Notes under the pieces: model-generated | Databases searched by the model: none | Seen by the model: only the letters and a program-made list of their open reading frames with translations | What the model was told of the DNA's origin: nothing | Position numbers and translations under genes: made by a program | NCBI GenBank assembly: GCA_010093815.1 | Contig: ML996568.1 | Direction: 5' to 3' (one strand) | Length of the DNA stretch: 64,000 nucleotides | Origin: Pseudovirgaria hyperparasitica | Lineage: Eukaryota | Shown: one piece after another, positions 23,560 to 35,603 of the stretch | How the letters are laid out: each line of letters opens with the position of its first letter | Position numbering within the stretch: position 1 is the stretch's first letter

Positions 23560-25386
23560 ATGGCGTCCCAGACACCTCTCTCGCCTATGTGTTTGCCTCT
23601 GCTCAAGTTTTCCTATGCCACTGATGCTGCAGCTGAACTAAGTGCTTTCTCCTGGACTCATGTACATAACAGCAACTTACTGGTGGTGTTTGACCCTGTT
23701 AATGACTCGAAGATGAAAGTCCTTCAGGGAAATTTACTTCTGGTACGAGCGGGTGTCTTCCACCGACTCTTGTAGTCCATACATGATACTGACCTCACCG
23801 ATGCAGGAACATGTTGATCTTAAGCAGAAAGCCAACGAGGCAAGTCAGGCTATTGAAATGGCTCGCCGGAGTGGAATCGAGCTTCGCGATGATCAACTTG
23901 CTATGACCGTCATTGTGCGGAGTCCCCTACTCGCCATACGATACAATATGCTGGAAACTAATCAAGTTCGTTTCGTTGGTCTCCTCAAAGCCTATCTTCT
24001 TGAACTGATCTCTGTGTGCCATAACAGAAACGAAGACTACAATTGAAATTTTGCAATGAAACCGACTTCCTTCAGGCACTACATGTCGTCGAGGCAATGG
24101 GTTGTCGCATCACACAGAGTGTACCCTTGAAGACCGCAACCCAAGCACCTGGTAATGCTGAAAAAGCTCATCCACCCCTTGCGAAACAGCAAACCATGGC
24201 ACGTCCCGACACTGCCTTACTCAAACCGTTTGTGCCACCACAGGTTCACTCAAGCACGCCTCAGATGCCGTCTCAAGTGACTCCATCTGGGGTCTATCCC
24301 TCCACTACATCCGCAGACATGCCGATTGGAAACGGTTTCGCTGGCCATAGCTGCTCACAGATCAACCACTCTGGCCACATGCAAAGATCATACACCACAG
24401 GATCGCAACATTTGCAAAGTGACCTTGGTATCACTCATTTGCCTCAAACACTGACCCGTACCCCGACGTACAACCTGACAGCCCAGCCATCCACTCAAGA
24501 GAACGTACTCGAACAGTCTCAGTACCGACCTTCTGATTCTGTTACGAGCCAACCTCATCCTACTCTAAATCCTCTGAGTAACTGTACCACAGGCCATGAT
24601 GCTGTTTTGAGCGAAGCTGATAGAACTCCCTCTCAACATCGGGAACCAGTAGAGATACAAAGACCATCAACAACCTCAGTATTGGAAAAGAGCGGGCGTC
24701 TTCAGTCGCTGCCTCCGAAAAGGGATCTGCCATGGGCAAAGTCCCGTTCCAGCGGAGGCTCGTCAAGTCGGCCGTCGACATCTACTCTCGAACTCCCTCC
24801 TTTACCTGCTCCTACCTTTGCAGCAAATACAGCTCCTTTCCAATCACTGTCTGCTAGTAGAAATAACCCTAAATCAGCAGCGTTCGATCATGACCCCTCG
24901 CGTCCTCTGTCTTCATCGATACCCGCTGTATCGCACGTGCCAAGACCTCGAACATCACTTGCTGATATCACGAACAGATTGCCGTTTCCATCTCTTACCA
25001 ACAGCCCGTCTAAGCTCAGCGAGAGTCACCCCATAGCCATGACTAATCACGAAAGTAAAGGAAATTCCATCTCATGTCCTGACATGTCATCCACGGTGGA
25101 ATCAAACAACGACGCGGAGCGCACAGCTTCGAATAACGACCGCTGTGGCACACTTCGTGACGCTGAACAACAGAATGATGGCAATGTCTTCGCCACGTTG
25201 GTGAACCAGATGTCCGCAACGGATACCCCTAACATGGCGCAGTATGCAGCTCAGTCAGTCGAAGATCGCCGGATAATGATAAGCAATTGGATGGTGCGAC
25301 ATATTGGTGACGACAACTTTGTGACCCTCTGCGAAGATGTTGCGAGTACATGGCAGAGAGTTGGCCTGGGGCTGGAGCCCTTGTGA
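23560..25386 (+). CDS. REC114: Probable meiotic double-strand-break accessory protein Rec114 (Rec7/Asy3 family)
   Basis: N-terminal PH-like region LPLLKFSYA...WTH...PLLAIRY...KRRLQLKF, assembled over two introns (first 23743-23806). Long S/P/T-rich linker, then the C-terminal helical motif IGDDNFVTLCEDVASTWQR. Confidence 0.75.
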
Positions 25387-25940
25387 AAAAATCTTGCTCG
25401 ATGGCTGGAGTAGGTGTAGAATCGACTTGCCTCTGGTTCCGTGATCATCCTGCAGACTTACTATTGCTTGCGCATTTAATCTCGGGATTCGTATCGCCTG
25501 TCATCTTAACCTGTCAGATCATAGGGAGCCCGACAACAACATTCATGCAATAAGGAGGAAATCGTGTATGAACTTTGTACGATACACATGCTTATAGGTT
25601 TCGATGACATAACATACTCTCACACCTTTTGTTGAAGCCAAATCAGCGCTATATGCGTCTGTTATAGCATAAGTGACTTCAGAGGCCCGTATACAATAAC
25701 AAGACTCTGATAATATACAGACACTACCAACAGTCTATTTCGGCTAATGAGTCGCGAATGTAGTTAATGTCTCACTTAGTGTTGTGACTCGAGGGACAAA
25801 AGGCAAGAAACTGAAAATCTTGTATAAAAATCAAATGTCTACTATGGACTCGGTCTAGATCTATATGTAACGCGATCACTAAATACAATCTCTACCACCC
25901 CTATACGCCACAACACATACTCATACACCCCCTTGCTCCA

Positions 25941-28900
25941 TCACCTATTCAATTCCAATCTTTCCACATCGCCCTCACCCTCCACAGGCCTCGGATTCGG
26001 ACTGTACCTCTTCGTTGCATCACGACTGGAATCATCCACATCCAGCCCCAAACCTTTCGGCCTCTCCCCACCTTTCTTCTCCTCCTTCCAACTATCACTT
26101 CTCCGCACATCGATCGTCACCTTAACATCATCGCGGGTAAACACCTTCAGGCCAACAACACACACGGCATTCCACGGATCCGCCGCAAAATCATCGTCCT
26201 CGTCGCCCTCATCCTCCCGTTCGTCGTTATCGTCGGGGATTTGTGCACGCGCCAAGCGGTGGAAATGCGTGTAGCGCACCGGGTCGTATGCCGTATCGTC
26301 CGACGAGGAGTCAAGTGCATCGTCAGACGGCCCGTCGAGTTCGGAGTCCCAGCTGAGGTCAGACGCGTCGTCGATGTCGGATGCGCTGATACTCGCGCCC
26401 GTGCCAGAGGTCACGCGTATGACCGGATTATGCGCAGGCGCTGGGGAGAGTGTGGCGCGACGTATGGGCGCAGCAGGTGATGTCGCACGTCGGCCGGGCG
26501 GTGATGATAGCGCGATACGGCTGGGTGTACCCGGATGGTCGGCGTCGCTATCTTCGGTATCGTTGTAGCCGCCACGGCCGGTGTAGTTGTCGCGTCCGCC
26601 ATGTCCAGTACGGCCGCCAAAGGCCCCAGAACCGGGACTGTCAGCTCGTGGACGAGTCTCTGCGAAATCAGGAAAGCCGGCACGGACATTGGGAATGTTG
26701 TAGCCGCCTCTGCCTCCAAACCCTCCGGGTGCTTCGCGGCTGTCACGCCTATCTTCGGCGGAGAGTGTGAGGCGTCGGCTATGACCGGCGACAGTCGAGG
26801 CGATAACTGTCGCTGCTGGAACAACTTGGTCTACGTTGGATTCAGATTTGGGTTCCTCGTTGTAGCCTCCACGCCCATTGTAGCCGCCTCGTCCTCCGAA
26901 ACCACCCACAGCGTGTGGGCTTTCTGTCCTTTCAAGAATCGGTTTCTCTGCGGCATTATAACCTCCGCGTCCATTATAACCACCTCTCCCCTGGAAGCCT
27001 CCTGGACCTGGGCTTTCGGCGCGCTCGCGAATTGTCTTCGGATGTGTGCTTGGTGTGCTGACGGATCTTCTATGTGGTGGCAGCTGTGTAGGTGGATGGG
27101 TATGTGCTTTATCCGGAACAACATCCTCAGCAGCATATATACCAAGGCCATTGTCCTTTGCATCTTCCAGTCGGAGCTCCTCGATCCTTCTGTCCAAGTT
27201 ATTGGGGTGTGAAAACTCGCCCGGAGTAGATTGGCTGTCCTGGCCGGGCGTGTGCTTGGCAGCCCTCCGTTCAGCTGCTCTGGCTGCACGCTTCTTCTGC
27301 TTCAGCCTGAGACGATGTTTCTGGTTCCGATGAGACTCATACTGCTTCTTCATGAGCTTCTTCAACTTCTCCTTCTCTTCCACCTTCTCGTGCTTCCTAC
27401 GTTCCTTTTCGAGTTCACGAAAATTGCCCTTGGCATGAGCGAGATCATAACGCAGACCAACCGAGAGAAGCTTCTCTCGCCGAGTGCGACAGGCGCCACG
27501 AACGACGTCTTGTGGTGTGGTGCCAGGCTCGCGAGTTGCAATAATTTTCAGCAGTACAGTGTATCCACCAGCCTCCAGATCAAGCTCGGTACTAACTGAA
27601 CGGATCATCAAGTACGCACCGTTGCTGCGCACGATGTAGTCTTCCTCGCCATCCTTGTGCACGCGAAATTGCAATTGGAACTCATATTGGCCTTCTAGAC
27701 CCCTGAAGTATCGGTCATCAAGCTGAGACAGAACGATAACAACAGGGCTGGCTGCCTCGAGCTCGATGTGAAACTTGGTATCGAGGTAATCAACAGACCA
27801 AGGCACATTGACGCTGGTCCATTGCTGCGTAACGGTCCATTCAGGACCGAATAGTCTTGTCCGATCAAAATGCTCGTAATTGCGTAGAAGGTCTCGATAA
27901 GAAATCCAAAACAGCTACCAAGATATTAGCCATACTATAATTCCAAGTTGGCGATCGTCACTTACCCCGTCGTCACCAAACCTGTGGTTTAGCTTATGCA
28001 TCATTTCTGGGCTCCACTCGGCTGAACCATCGCTCCATGGTCCACTCCATTCGGTCTTGCCCCACGGATTTCGCAATTTGCAGAGACGATGCTCACCAAC
28101 CTCTCTAGCTTCCATGATGGAATAAGCATGCCGCTCTTGGATGCCTTTTCTTTGACCATATATTCCACCCATCTGACCGCAGCCAAAGAGAAAGTCTTTG
28201 TTCACATTCATCAGCTCTTCCCTCCAGAACTTGTCTTTGTCCAAGATATCGGTTGCAAACACCTCGGTTGTAACACCTCCTGTAAGGTCCTCAATACCCT
28301 CACTTGTTTTACTTAGCAGGATAATTTATGAATAGATAGAGAGCTTGTAGCTTACCCAACAAAGCCACCTTCAATGGCTGAGTAGTCTCCGTGCGCCTTA
28401 GCATAAGCTTTCTCCAGAAGAGGGAGCCATGTCTCATTCGGATCACTGCATTGCGCAAAGTAGAGAGCCTTTGAGCCGGACTGCATAGCAGCTCGGTATT
28501 CCTCCTCCGGGCTCTTTCGGTTCTGTATTTCCAGCCATTGATGTCTGCCCAGTGTAGCGTCGTCGAAATCCTCCTTGATGAGGTAAAGTTTGTCGTCGAT
28601 AACTTCGGAGATCCACTCGCCATCTGGGGCAGGTCAGCCAAGAGCGCGCACGCTGCCTGCAAGCGTCCTGGCTGTGCGGCTTGCAGGGTATCATGAGCTA
28701 CCCACCTCGGTGGAAAACGAAACCGTACACGCCGACCTGTTGGTCATACTCCACACAGACTTTCTGGATCAGTCCTTCTTTGTTGCTCAATGTGCACAGA
28801 GCAGACATAAACCAGCAATCACCGTCATTGCCCTGCCGTACATCGTTGGCGGTCGCACCATCAAGGAAGAATTCCGGTTTTTCGAAGATGTCCTACAACA

Positions 28901-29465
28901 AAGCTGGTGAGCCGACGTGCCATTGCATACGAGCTGCATGACGCCACTAAATACGAACCTCGACTCTCTTAACCGACATGGGCTGCAAGTCAGTCCTCTC
29001 CTCGCCCAGACCGACCAAGCAGTCGGCAGGGATATGGGGATACTGGCGCGAGCGCTTGAAATCTGCCTCAATGTCGAAGTGTGGGTCGCGATACTTCTGA
29101 TTGATCCTCCTGCACTCCTTCACGATCTTGTGGACCTTGGCCTTGCAGGCTTGTACAGCCTGTTCGTAGGAAGTGAGAGCATTCTCACAGCTCGTCGCGG
29201 CTCGTGCGGCATGCACGGCAGCGCGTTTCGCGTAGAGATTATCGGGGAGGATGGTGTAGACCTTTCCAGGATGTTTTGTGGTGAATTTGGCCCAGAAGTC
29301 GTCAATTGACTTCTGAGGAGGTTCTTTTCTCATCCTGGGCCGGTTGGGTTCTTGTTGTCGCGGGGTATCACGGTCGACACTAAGCTCGCGAGCAGAGGGA
29401 GCTCGACTGTTTGGGCGCGTAGTCTCGAATTGATCAGCAGGCTGTGAGCGCAATGAAGGAGACAT
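25941..29465 (-). CDS. Calpain-family cysteine protease (CysPc), not PalB type, with long low-complexity C-terminus
   Basis: Catalytic motifs DVRQGNDGDCWFMSAL (Cys), HAYSIM (His) and LRNPWG (Asn), plus WLPLLEKAYAKAHGDYSAIEGG and EGIEDLTGG. At least 4 introns. No MIT domain seen. Confidence 0.92.
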
Positions 29466-32400
29466 AATGAACAGCAGAGGGCTCAGTCTCAAGATAATGA
29501 CGAGTGATACTGAAGAGTGACATTCTGACAGAGCGGGCGCTCCGCTAGATGATATACGAGCGGACAAAGGTGAACAACAGAGAGAGGCAGATGCAGAGAC
29601 GATTGCTGCGGCTGAGGCATCACAGCTAATGACTTAGTGGCGCGCAAAGCTGCGAACGGTTGGACGAGAATGAATAAAGAATCGACCAGTCCACTTCTTC
29701 ACAACTACTTACACATACGCTGACCAGACTATGGTTCACTCTAAGCTTCTAGGCGACGTTCGACAGGGAGTACCGTGGATATTTTTGGGTGTCGCGAAGA
29801 GCGCAACGGACGGCACGACGGCACCACCCACAGTCAGCCTCGATGCCTAATGCCGTGCACGCAGGACTATGAAGAGTGAATGCTTGCTGGCAGGGTAATT
29901 AGTCTGTGATTATCACTATGACTTTATTATGCTATCATATCGGTGGATCAATGATGCTTCAGAAGTTAGAGGCGCTTCCATTTCTCTGCCTGCGATTCGT
30001 CACTTCATACCTTTTGCTGCGCGGTAAGCTGAGCTGAGCGGAGCTGAGCGTTAAGCTGGAATCGGGACTAGGTAGATATTGGCGGCTCCCTCCAGTCTAC
30101 CTGCAGCGCCGATATGCATTCACTTAGCACTTCTCATTCACTGTTCACTCTCTTCCTTCGACATCATGCCGAGTCGATCAAGTAATACAGGACATATGTA
30201 CCCTCGTCTGGTGACGCGGCCTAGGATTACGAGATAATAGCAAGATTAACATAGGGCATTACCGTCTGGACGCCTACATGCCCGCTCGATGGTCATGAAA
30301 TACTCCCTAGACTTCATTTCGGTTTGTAATGTATGGTCTGTTGCCTGTACTAAGCATAGGTCCGGGCACTGCTCAGTCCTCAGGTAAGACGTGCCGCTCT
30401 ATTGCTTTAATTTTCCAGGCTTCAACAAATGCTCCCATGCCATGGTCTGATCTCATGATTGAACAACGAATGGTGAACGATCCCTGAATTGATCGTCTAT
30501 AATAAAATACTACCGCGGCGTGATCAATTGCCTCGTCTCCAATATAACCGCCGATTGCGTCTAGCGGGATGTAATAATCAGCCCTATAAGGCACAAGACA
30601 TAGTTGGGCAAACGCAAATGGTATCAACCTGACTGATGTAGCATCAAGTTCTCCTGCCATTGAAGAACCAACGATCTTGCTGTTCATTATGCAAAGCATT
30701 CTGAACCGCCCAGTATCTCCATTGCATCACCCGCTAATAAAACGTCTCGAAATGGAACACGATATTGCATCTGACTATTCAAGTCCAAGGTCCCAGTTCA
30801 AATTCAGTCCGTTGCGAGTAGTAATTAATTATATATTTAGCTGAGCTATCCGTTCTGGGAACTCGTCCCTCACTAGCTCCCTGCCACTAACCTCATTCGT
30901 TCTACTCCAGCCAATTCAAGTGCCAACAACGAAAGCTCTTGAGTCCAGCCACAATATAATATCACCATCCTAATCCTCCTCCCGGTTCCTCTTCTCCTAC
31001 CATGCCCTTTTTTCTCTATTTGCAATGCAATCCCATCCTCAACACTGACCAGACACACATCCGACCGTCACAGCAGTCACGCCAGCGACCCCTTAATCAG
31101 GCCCGGGCCATACGCAATCTCGCTACGGCCCAACTAGGCCTATACTGTGCATTAGTGACCATTCCTCTGACATGACTTGCATAAAGAACTTCCACGCTCA
31201 ACGGCGAACTTTCCTTGATTGTGGAACGGAGGCCAATGGGGTTGAAGAACCTGTGGTCGGACCAGTATCCTTTTCCAGTTTTCTGGATGGTGCGAGTTGG
31301 GGTGGAAGAAGAGTTCAGGTTGCGAACCGGTGGGGCGGGTATTTAGATGTTGTCAAGGTTATCAGAGAATGAATGAATGGATTTACACTGATTTTCGGGG
31401 AACTCTCGAGTGCGTGCTCTGGAGGAACTCAAGATCCATTACTTACTGCATGGAGTATTTGGTTTTTCGAGCTTACAATTGTCAATGTGTCAAGCTGCTA
31501 GGGGCCATGGGAGAAAAGGAATAAGTTATAATCTCACAGGGCGTCCTAGCCATCAAATTACTGAATGTCGTATGATGGACGAGCTAGAAGTCATAAATCA
31601 CGGTCTAATGTTATACGATGCTTCCTTTTTGCTTTACCATTACTACGGATATCGGGACTAGTGTAGTAAAACTAAGGTAGGACAGCATGCTTGTGTCTTG
31701 GAGATGGTAACGTTCCTAGCATTTGCGTAACATTGTGGACGACTGCAATCATCCCATGAAGCGCAATTGAGCATCTGAGGTGTCTGAGCCACTGTCTCAT
31801 CGACCACCTTAACCAATTTGTATACAGGCGGATAGTGTAATGTTGTCTGGTCATAGGCCCAATGGATGGATGGGATCTGATATGTCTCGGCTCTATCCGC
31901 GACTAGCTGATCATGGGGCAGACGTACAGTAGTAGACATCAGCCCGCATGTCTAGATACCGGCTGCAGGTCAGTGCTTCTAAGCGGTAACCGGAAACACC
32001 GATGATTAGAGAAATCGGAATAATTATCGCGTGCACGCTGCTGTTTCTGCATCGTATATTCCTAGTCTCGAGCCGAGAAGAAGCGTCGCACGTAGTGGAA
32101 TGAATGGAAAGCCTCGTAATACCGTGCATGTCACCTAAGGTCGTGTTTCTTACTTCAGAAACCGCACATCTAGTTCGAGGTAGACCAGTCATGAATCACG
32201 GACACGTTCTCAAGAGACCCATTGATATTGATGAGTAGGCTCGTCTATCTGCCGCAATGTGTCTACAGAAATCCAAGGTTGTGCATGCGATGATATTATC
32301 AGATCGGCGATGCCTTGCTAAATGGCTGAGATAAAATCCATAGATTATCCCATATACATTAACGCCGATTGGGGACATGCGTGCATACATTACAAATGTT

Positions 32401-32624
32401 GATGGGTTCCGTACACTTATTAAAGCCTAGGACGTCGACCAAGTGTATGCTTTCTCTGTTGAACCCACCAATCAGCATCCGCATACGCACGGAGATAGAT
32501 CCGTCAAGTATGGAATTGTCAAAACGCATCTTTGCACTACATGACGACACGAGCAAGAACCTGAGTCTCTCTCTCCGAGCACGTTTCCTTCCTTGCAGAC
32601 GCCTTCACTCTCAACTCATGGATC

Positions 32625-33443
32625 ATGGAGACTCGATACCGTCACATCTTCCCGAACCACCTCCCTAGGGATTCCTCGATGGCCGCTCGAGAGCTGGCTG
32701 GGCGCGCGGCACATAACAAAGGGAAGAAGAAGCGCGCTTCCGTCCGCGTTGCGTGCAACGCCTGTCGGAGCCGTAAGACTGCGGTACACATACCCCGAAT
32801 TTCCCATCCCCTTGTTCATCTCTCTTATCCTGGGTGCTTCTCCTAGTGGACGTGTCTTGTTGCTGACAGCTCCGTGTTTCTTCAGTGCGATGGGAAACGT
32901 GCGCAGTGCACGCCATGCACCAGGCGTGGCACCGAATGTGTGTATATCACCGAGGACGCCAAAGAGACACCCAGCATGGCGCTCAAGCGAGAGAATGCGG
33001 ATATGCGCAAAGAGACAAACGGCTATCGCGAACTGTTTCGATACTTACAAACTGCCCCTGAACCCGACGCCCATGCGGCCTTGTCGCAGCTACGCAGCGC
33101 TCCCCTGGATGATATATCGGGTGTTCTAAAGAGTATACGCGAGAACTCCGGTCAGATGGACGTAAAGAATGGGTCAAGCCCTGACGAGGCAGAGTTGGAA
33201 GAGATGGCCTATCCTGAACTAAGTCCGGTGACAACTCTCACCACGGAGTCCGACAACATGTGGTCGCCATCTCATCAGCAACAGATGAGTCAACCAGAGT
33301 GGAATGTGGTACATGGTAGTCAACAGAATACGAATGAGATGATGTCCGAATCCACGATGCATAACAACGACTTGAAGACGGGTTCATCGACGTTGTTTGG
33401 AGAGGCTGTGGCAATGAATGGGTTCGCCTCACCATTCTTCTAG
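32625..33443 (+). CDS. Short Zn(II)2Cys6 protein (about 238 aa)
   Basis: ACNACRSRKTA|CDGKRAQCTPCTRRGTECVY across intron 32784-32885, followed by a coiled-coil segment. Confidence 0.88.
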
Positions 33444-33916
33444 CTTTAGATCCATTCCCTTGGACTCCCTCGGCATATTTCCCCGCGGCGGCGTTCTGGA
33501 TTTGCGTGGGTGGTATGCTTATCCATGGGAGGCAGCAATGTTTCCAGTTGTTATTAGCGTTGGGCATCTACTTGGCGGAAGCAAGATTGAGAAGAGAGAC
33601 TTTATATGTCTTGTATTATTCCTCGGAGATGGGCATGTTGTCGAGTGGTCCCGGCGGCTTTTGTATCATTCTAATCAGAGGCGTGATCCGTCCAGGGCCC
33701 ACGAATGCACAGCCGGCACATACCCGGAAATGGAAGACGTAAGCATACAATATCATTCCCTCTTGCGTACCTTTCTTATTGGTCGCAAATATACACCAGG
33801 TCGCACACACTCTCACTATGTGTACAGTGGAAACAGACGTGTGTGTGTGAGTGTTCGCGTCACTGAATACAAAGACACCTATGTTGTGATGGGTTTCTGG
33901 GGTCAATCTTGAATTC

Positions 33917-35276
33917 CTACGTTAGGGCTTCGATGAAATTATCCCAGAATCCCAAGTCGTAAACGTTCTCTACCTCTGCCAAGCTCCATCCCCTCTTCCA
34001 ACTTGTCTCGTCTATCACTCTACTCATCTCCTTCGGCACGTTTACGGGGGTCTGTCCATCTCTCGTCCGCACCACAACCTGTCGACAGCGTACAGGCCAA
34101 TCAGTTTCCAATTCCCAGTTTTGGTAGGGCGAGTCCCTCTCGGTTGGAGGTTTTCCTGGCACTTTGCGCTGAGCAATGAAGACACTGCCTTCCCACATAT
34201 TCTCGCGTAGAAGCGCCCATTTAGATGTCTCGTTCGTTGTCGTGCCTGCCCAAATGAGGTAGATGTGAAATAGCAGCAGGCCGAAAGGCATAGGACTTGT
34301 GAACAGAGCGAGTAGGCCAATGCCGGATATGCTTGGACCGCCACAAGTTATGCCTATGTCTACTATTCGGCCGAAATTACTGAATCTCGCCGCCCAAGCA
34401 TCCATTAGACTTGCTGAATGCGGTGTCGACCATTTGACATGCTGCATAGCATCGCGTGTTCGAGGAGCGATCACCAGCCATGTAAGATAGGTCGCGTAGA
34501 CCAAGAGAAGTCCAGTGAAGAGGAGCAATGCAAGGAACCAGCGATAGTTGCTTCGTCCAAGGCAATTATTGACCCAGACACAGTGATGGTCGCATCGGGC
34601 GACACACGTATTGCAGAAACTGCAATGTTTACTCCTAGCTGGCTTGTACCATTTGCAGGTCGTGCATCGTTGGCCTGGGTTGTAAATGATTCGATCATAC
34701 GGATATAATTGCATGTGTTTTGCGTGGTTCTCGTTTGTGATATGTGAGCCTCCTCGAACGCGGGCGCAAAGGTAGGTGAAGTAATATGGCCATGGTAATG
34801 CCAATGGTAGAATATAGTGGTGTTTCGTAGGTATGGACGGCCACACCTGTGGTATGAAGAAGAGAGCGCAGACGGTCACTAGACCAAGGAAGAATATCTA
34901 TAGCTATTAGCTCCTTCAACCGTAGGTGCTACATATGCTCATCATACTATAATGATAGGATGCTTCTCATTGAAAAGGTAGTGGCTTGATCGCTGTCCAG
35001 CAGCAGTCAAACGGCCTCCAGTAAGGCGAGAGTCCAGCGCGAGCAGGACATTGGGAATATAAATCCAGATCAAGCGATGCAGGAAGCCGACCGGGGTGCC
35101 TCTTTTTGACGATCTTGTCAGTCTATATCGTCGTTTGTGCGCACCGGTTGGTGAGCACTGGAGAGGAGAGCAAAAGAGAGGGCTTACCTAAAAGCAGGTA
35201 GACGACCAAAAAATGCGACAAAGGTGAAGAAAGACACAACGAGCACCCCGGTGAAGCCGACGATTAGTTTGGACAT
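33917..35276 (-). CDS. SWF1: DHHC palmitoyltransferase Swf1
   Basis: MSKLIVGFTGVLVVSFFTFVAFFGRLPAF, YPYDRIIY, CTTCKWYKPARSKHCSFCNTCVARCDHHCVWVNNCLG, GTTTNETSKW, NVYDLGFWDN. Two introns. Confidence 0.93.
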
Positions 35277-35380
35277 TGGATGTATGTCAATACATGTCCG
35301 GCGTCTTCCATGAAAAATGCCGAGGGTGAGGAGGGAATGGTGGATCCACGGATACCAGGGCACCTAGTCCAACGCCTAAG

Positions 35381-35386
35381 ACGCGT
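35381..35386. promoter_or_regulatory. MCB-type element (ACGCGT) in the SWF1/RAP1 divergent promoter
   Basis: Exact ACGCGT, with a further TTTCGCGT at 35568-35575. Confidence 0.4.
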
Positions 35387-35603
35387 CGGGCCGCAAACAG
35401 CTAATATCACTGTCTTCGGTGTTCAACCACTTTGCATGCGCGCTCACTTTGAAGACGGCTTTTGTTTGAATTTTTGTGCCTATCTTTCTTTCAACTGGTT
35501 CTATGCCTCTTCGTCGTCCACACTGGGTGCCATTACGGACGCTGTCCACCTGTTTTCTCTACGCGCCTTTCGCGTCCGTCGGATCGCTGTAAACACACCC
35601 GCC

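Noticed and set aside
29500..32600. Possible transposon relic or small gene in the long intergenic gap
   Set aside because: No terminal repeats and no transposase or RT motifs. The short ORFs are unrecognisable.
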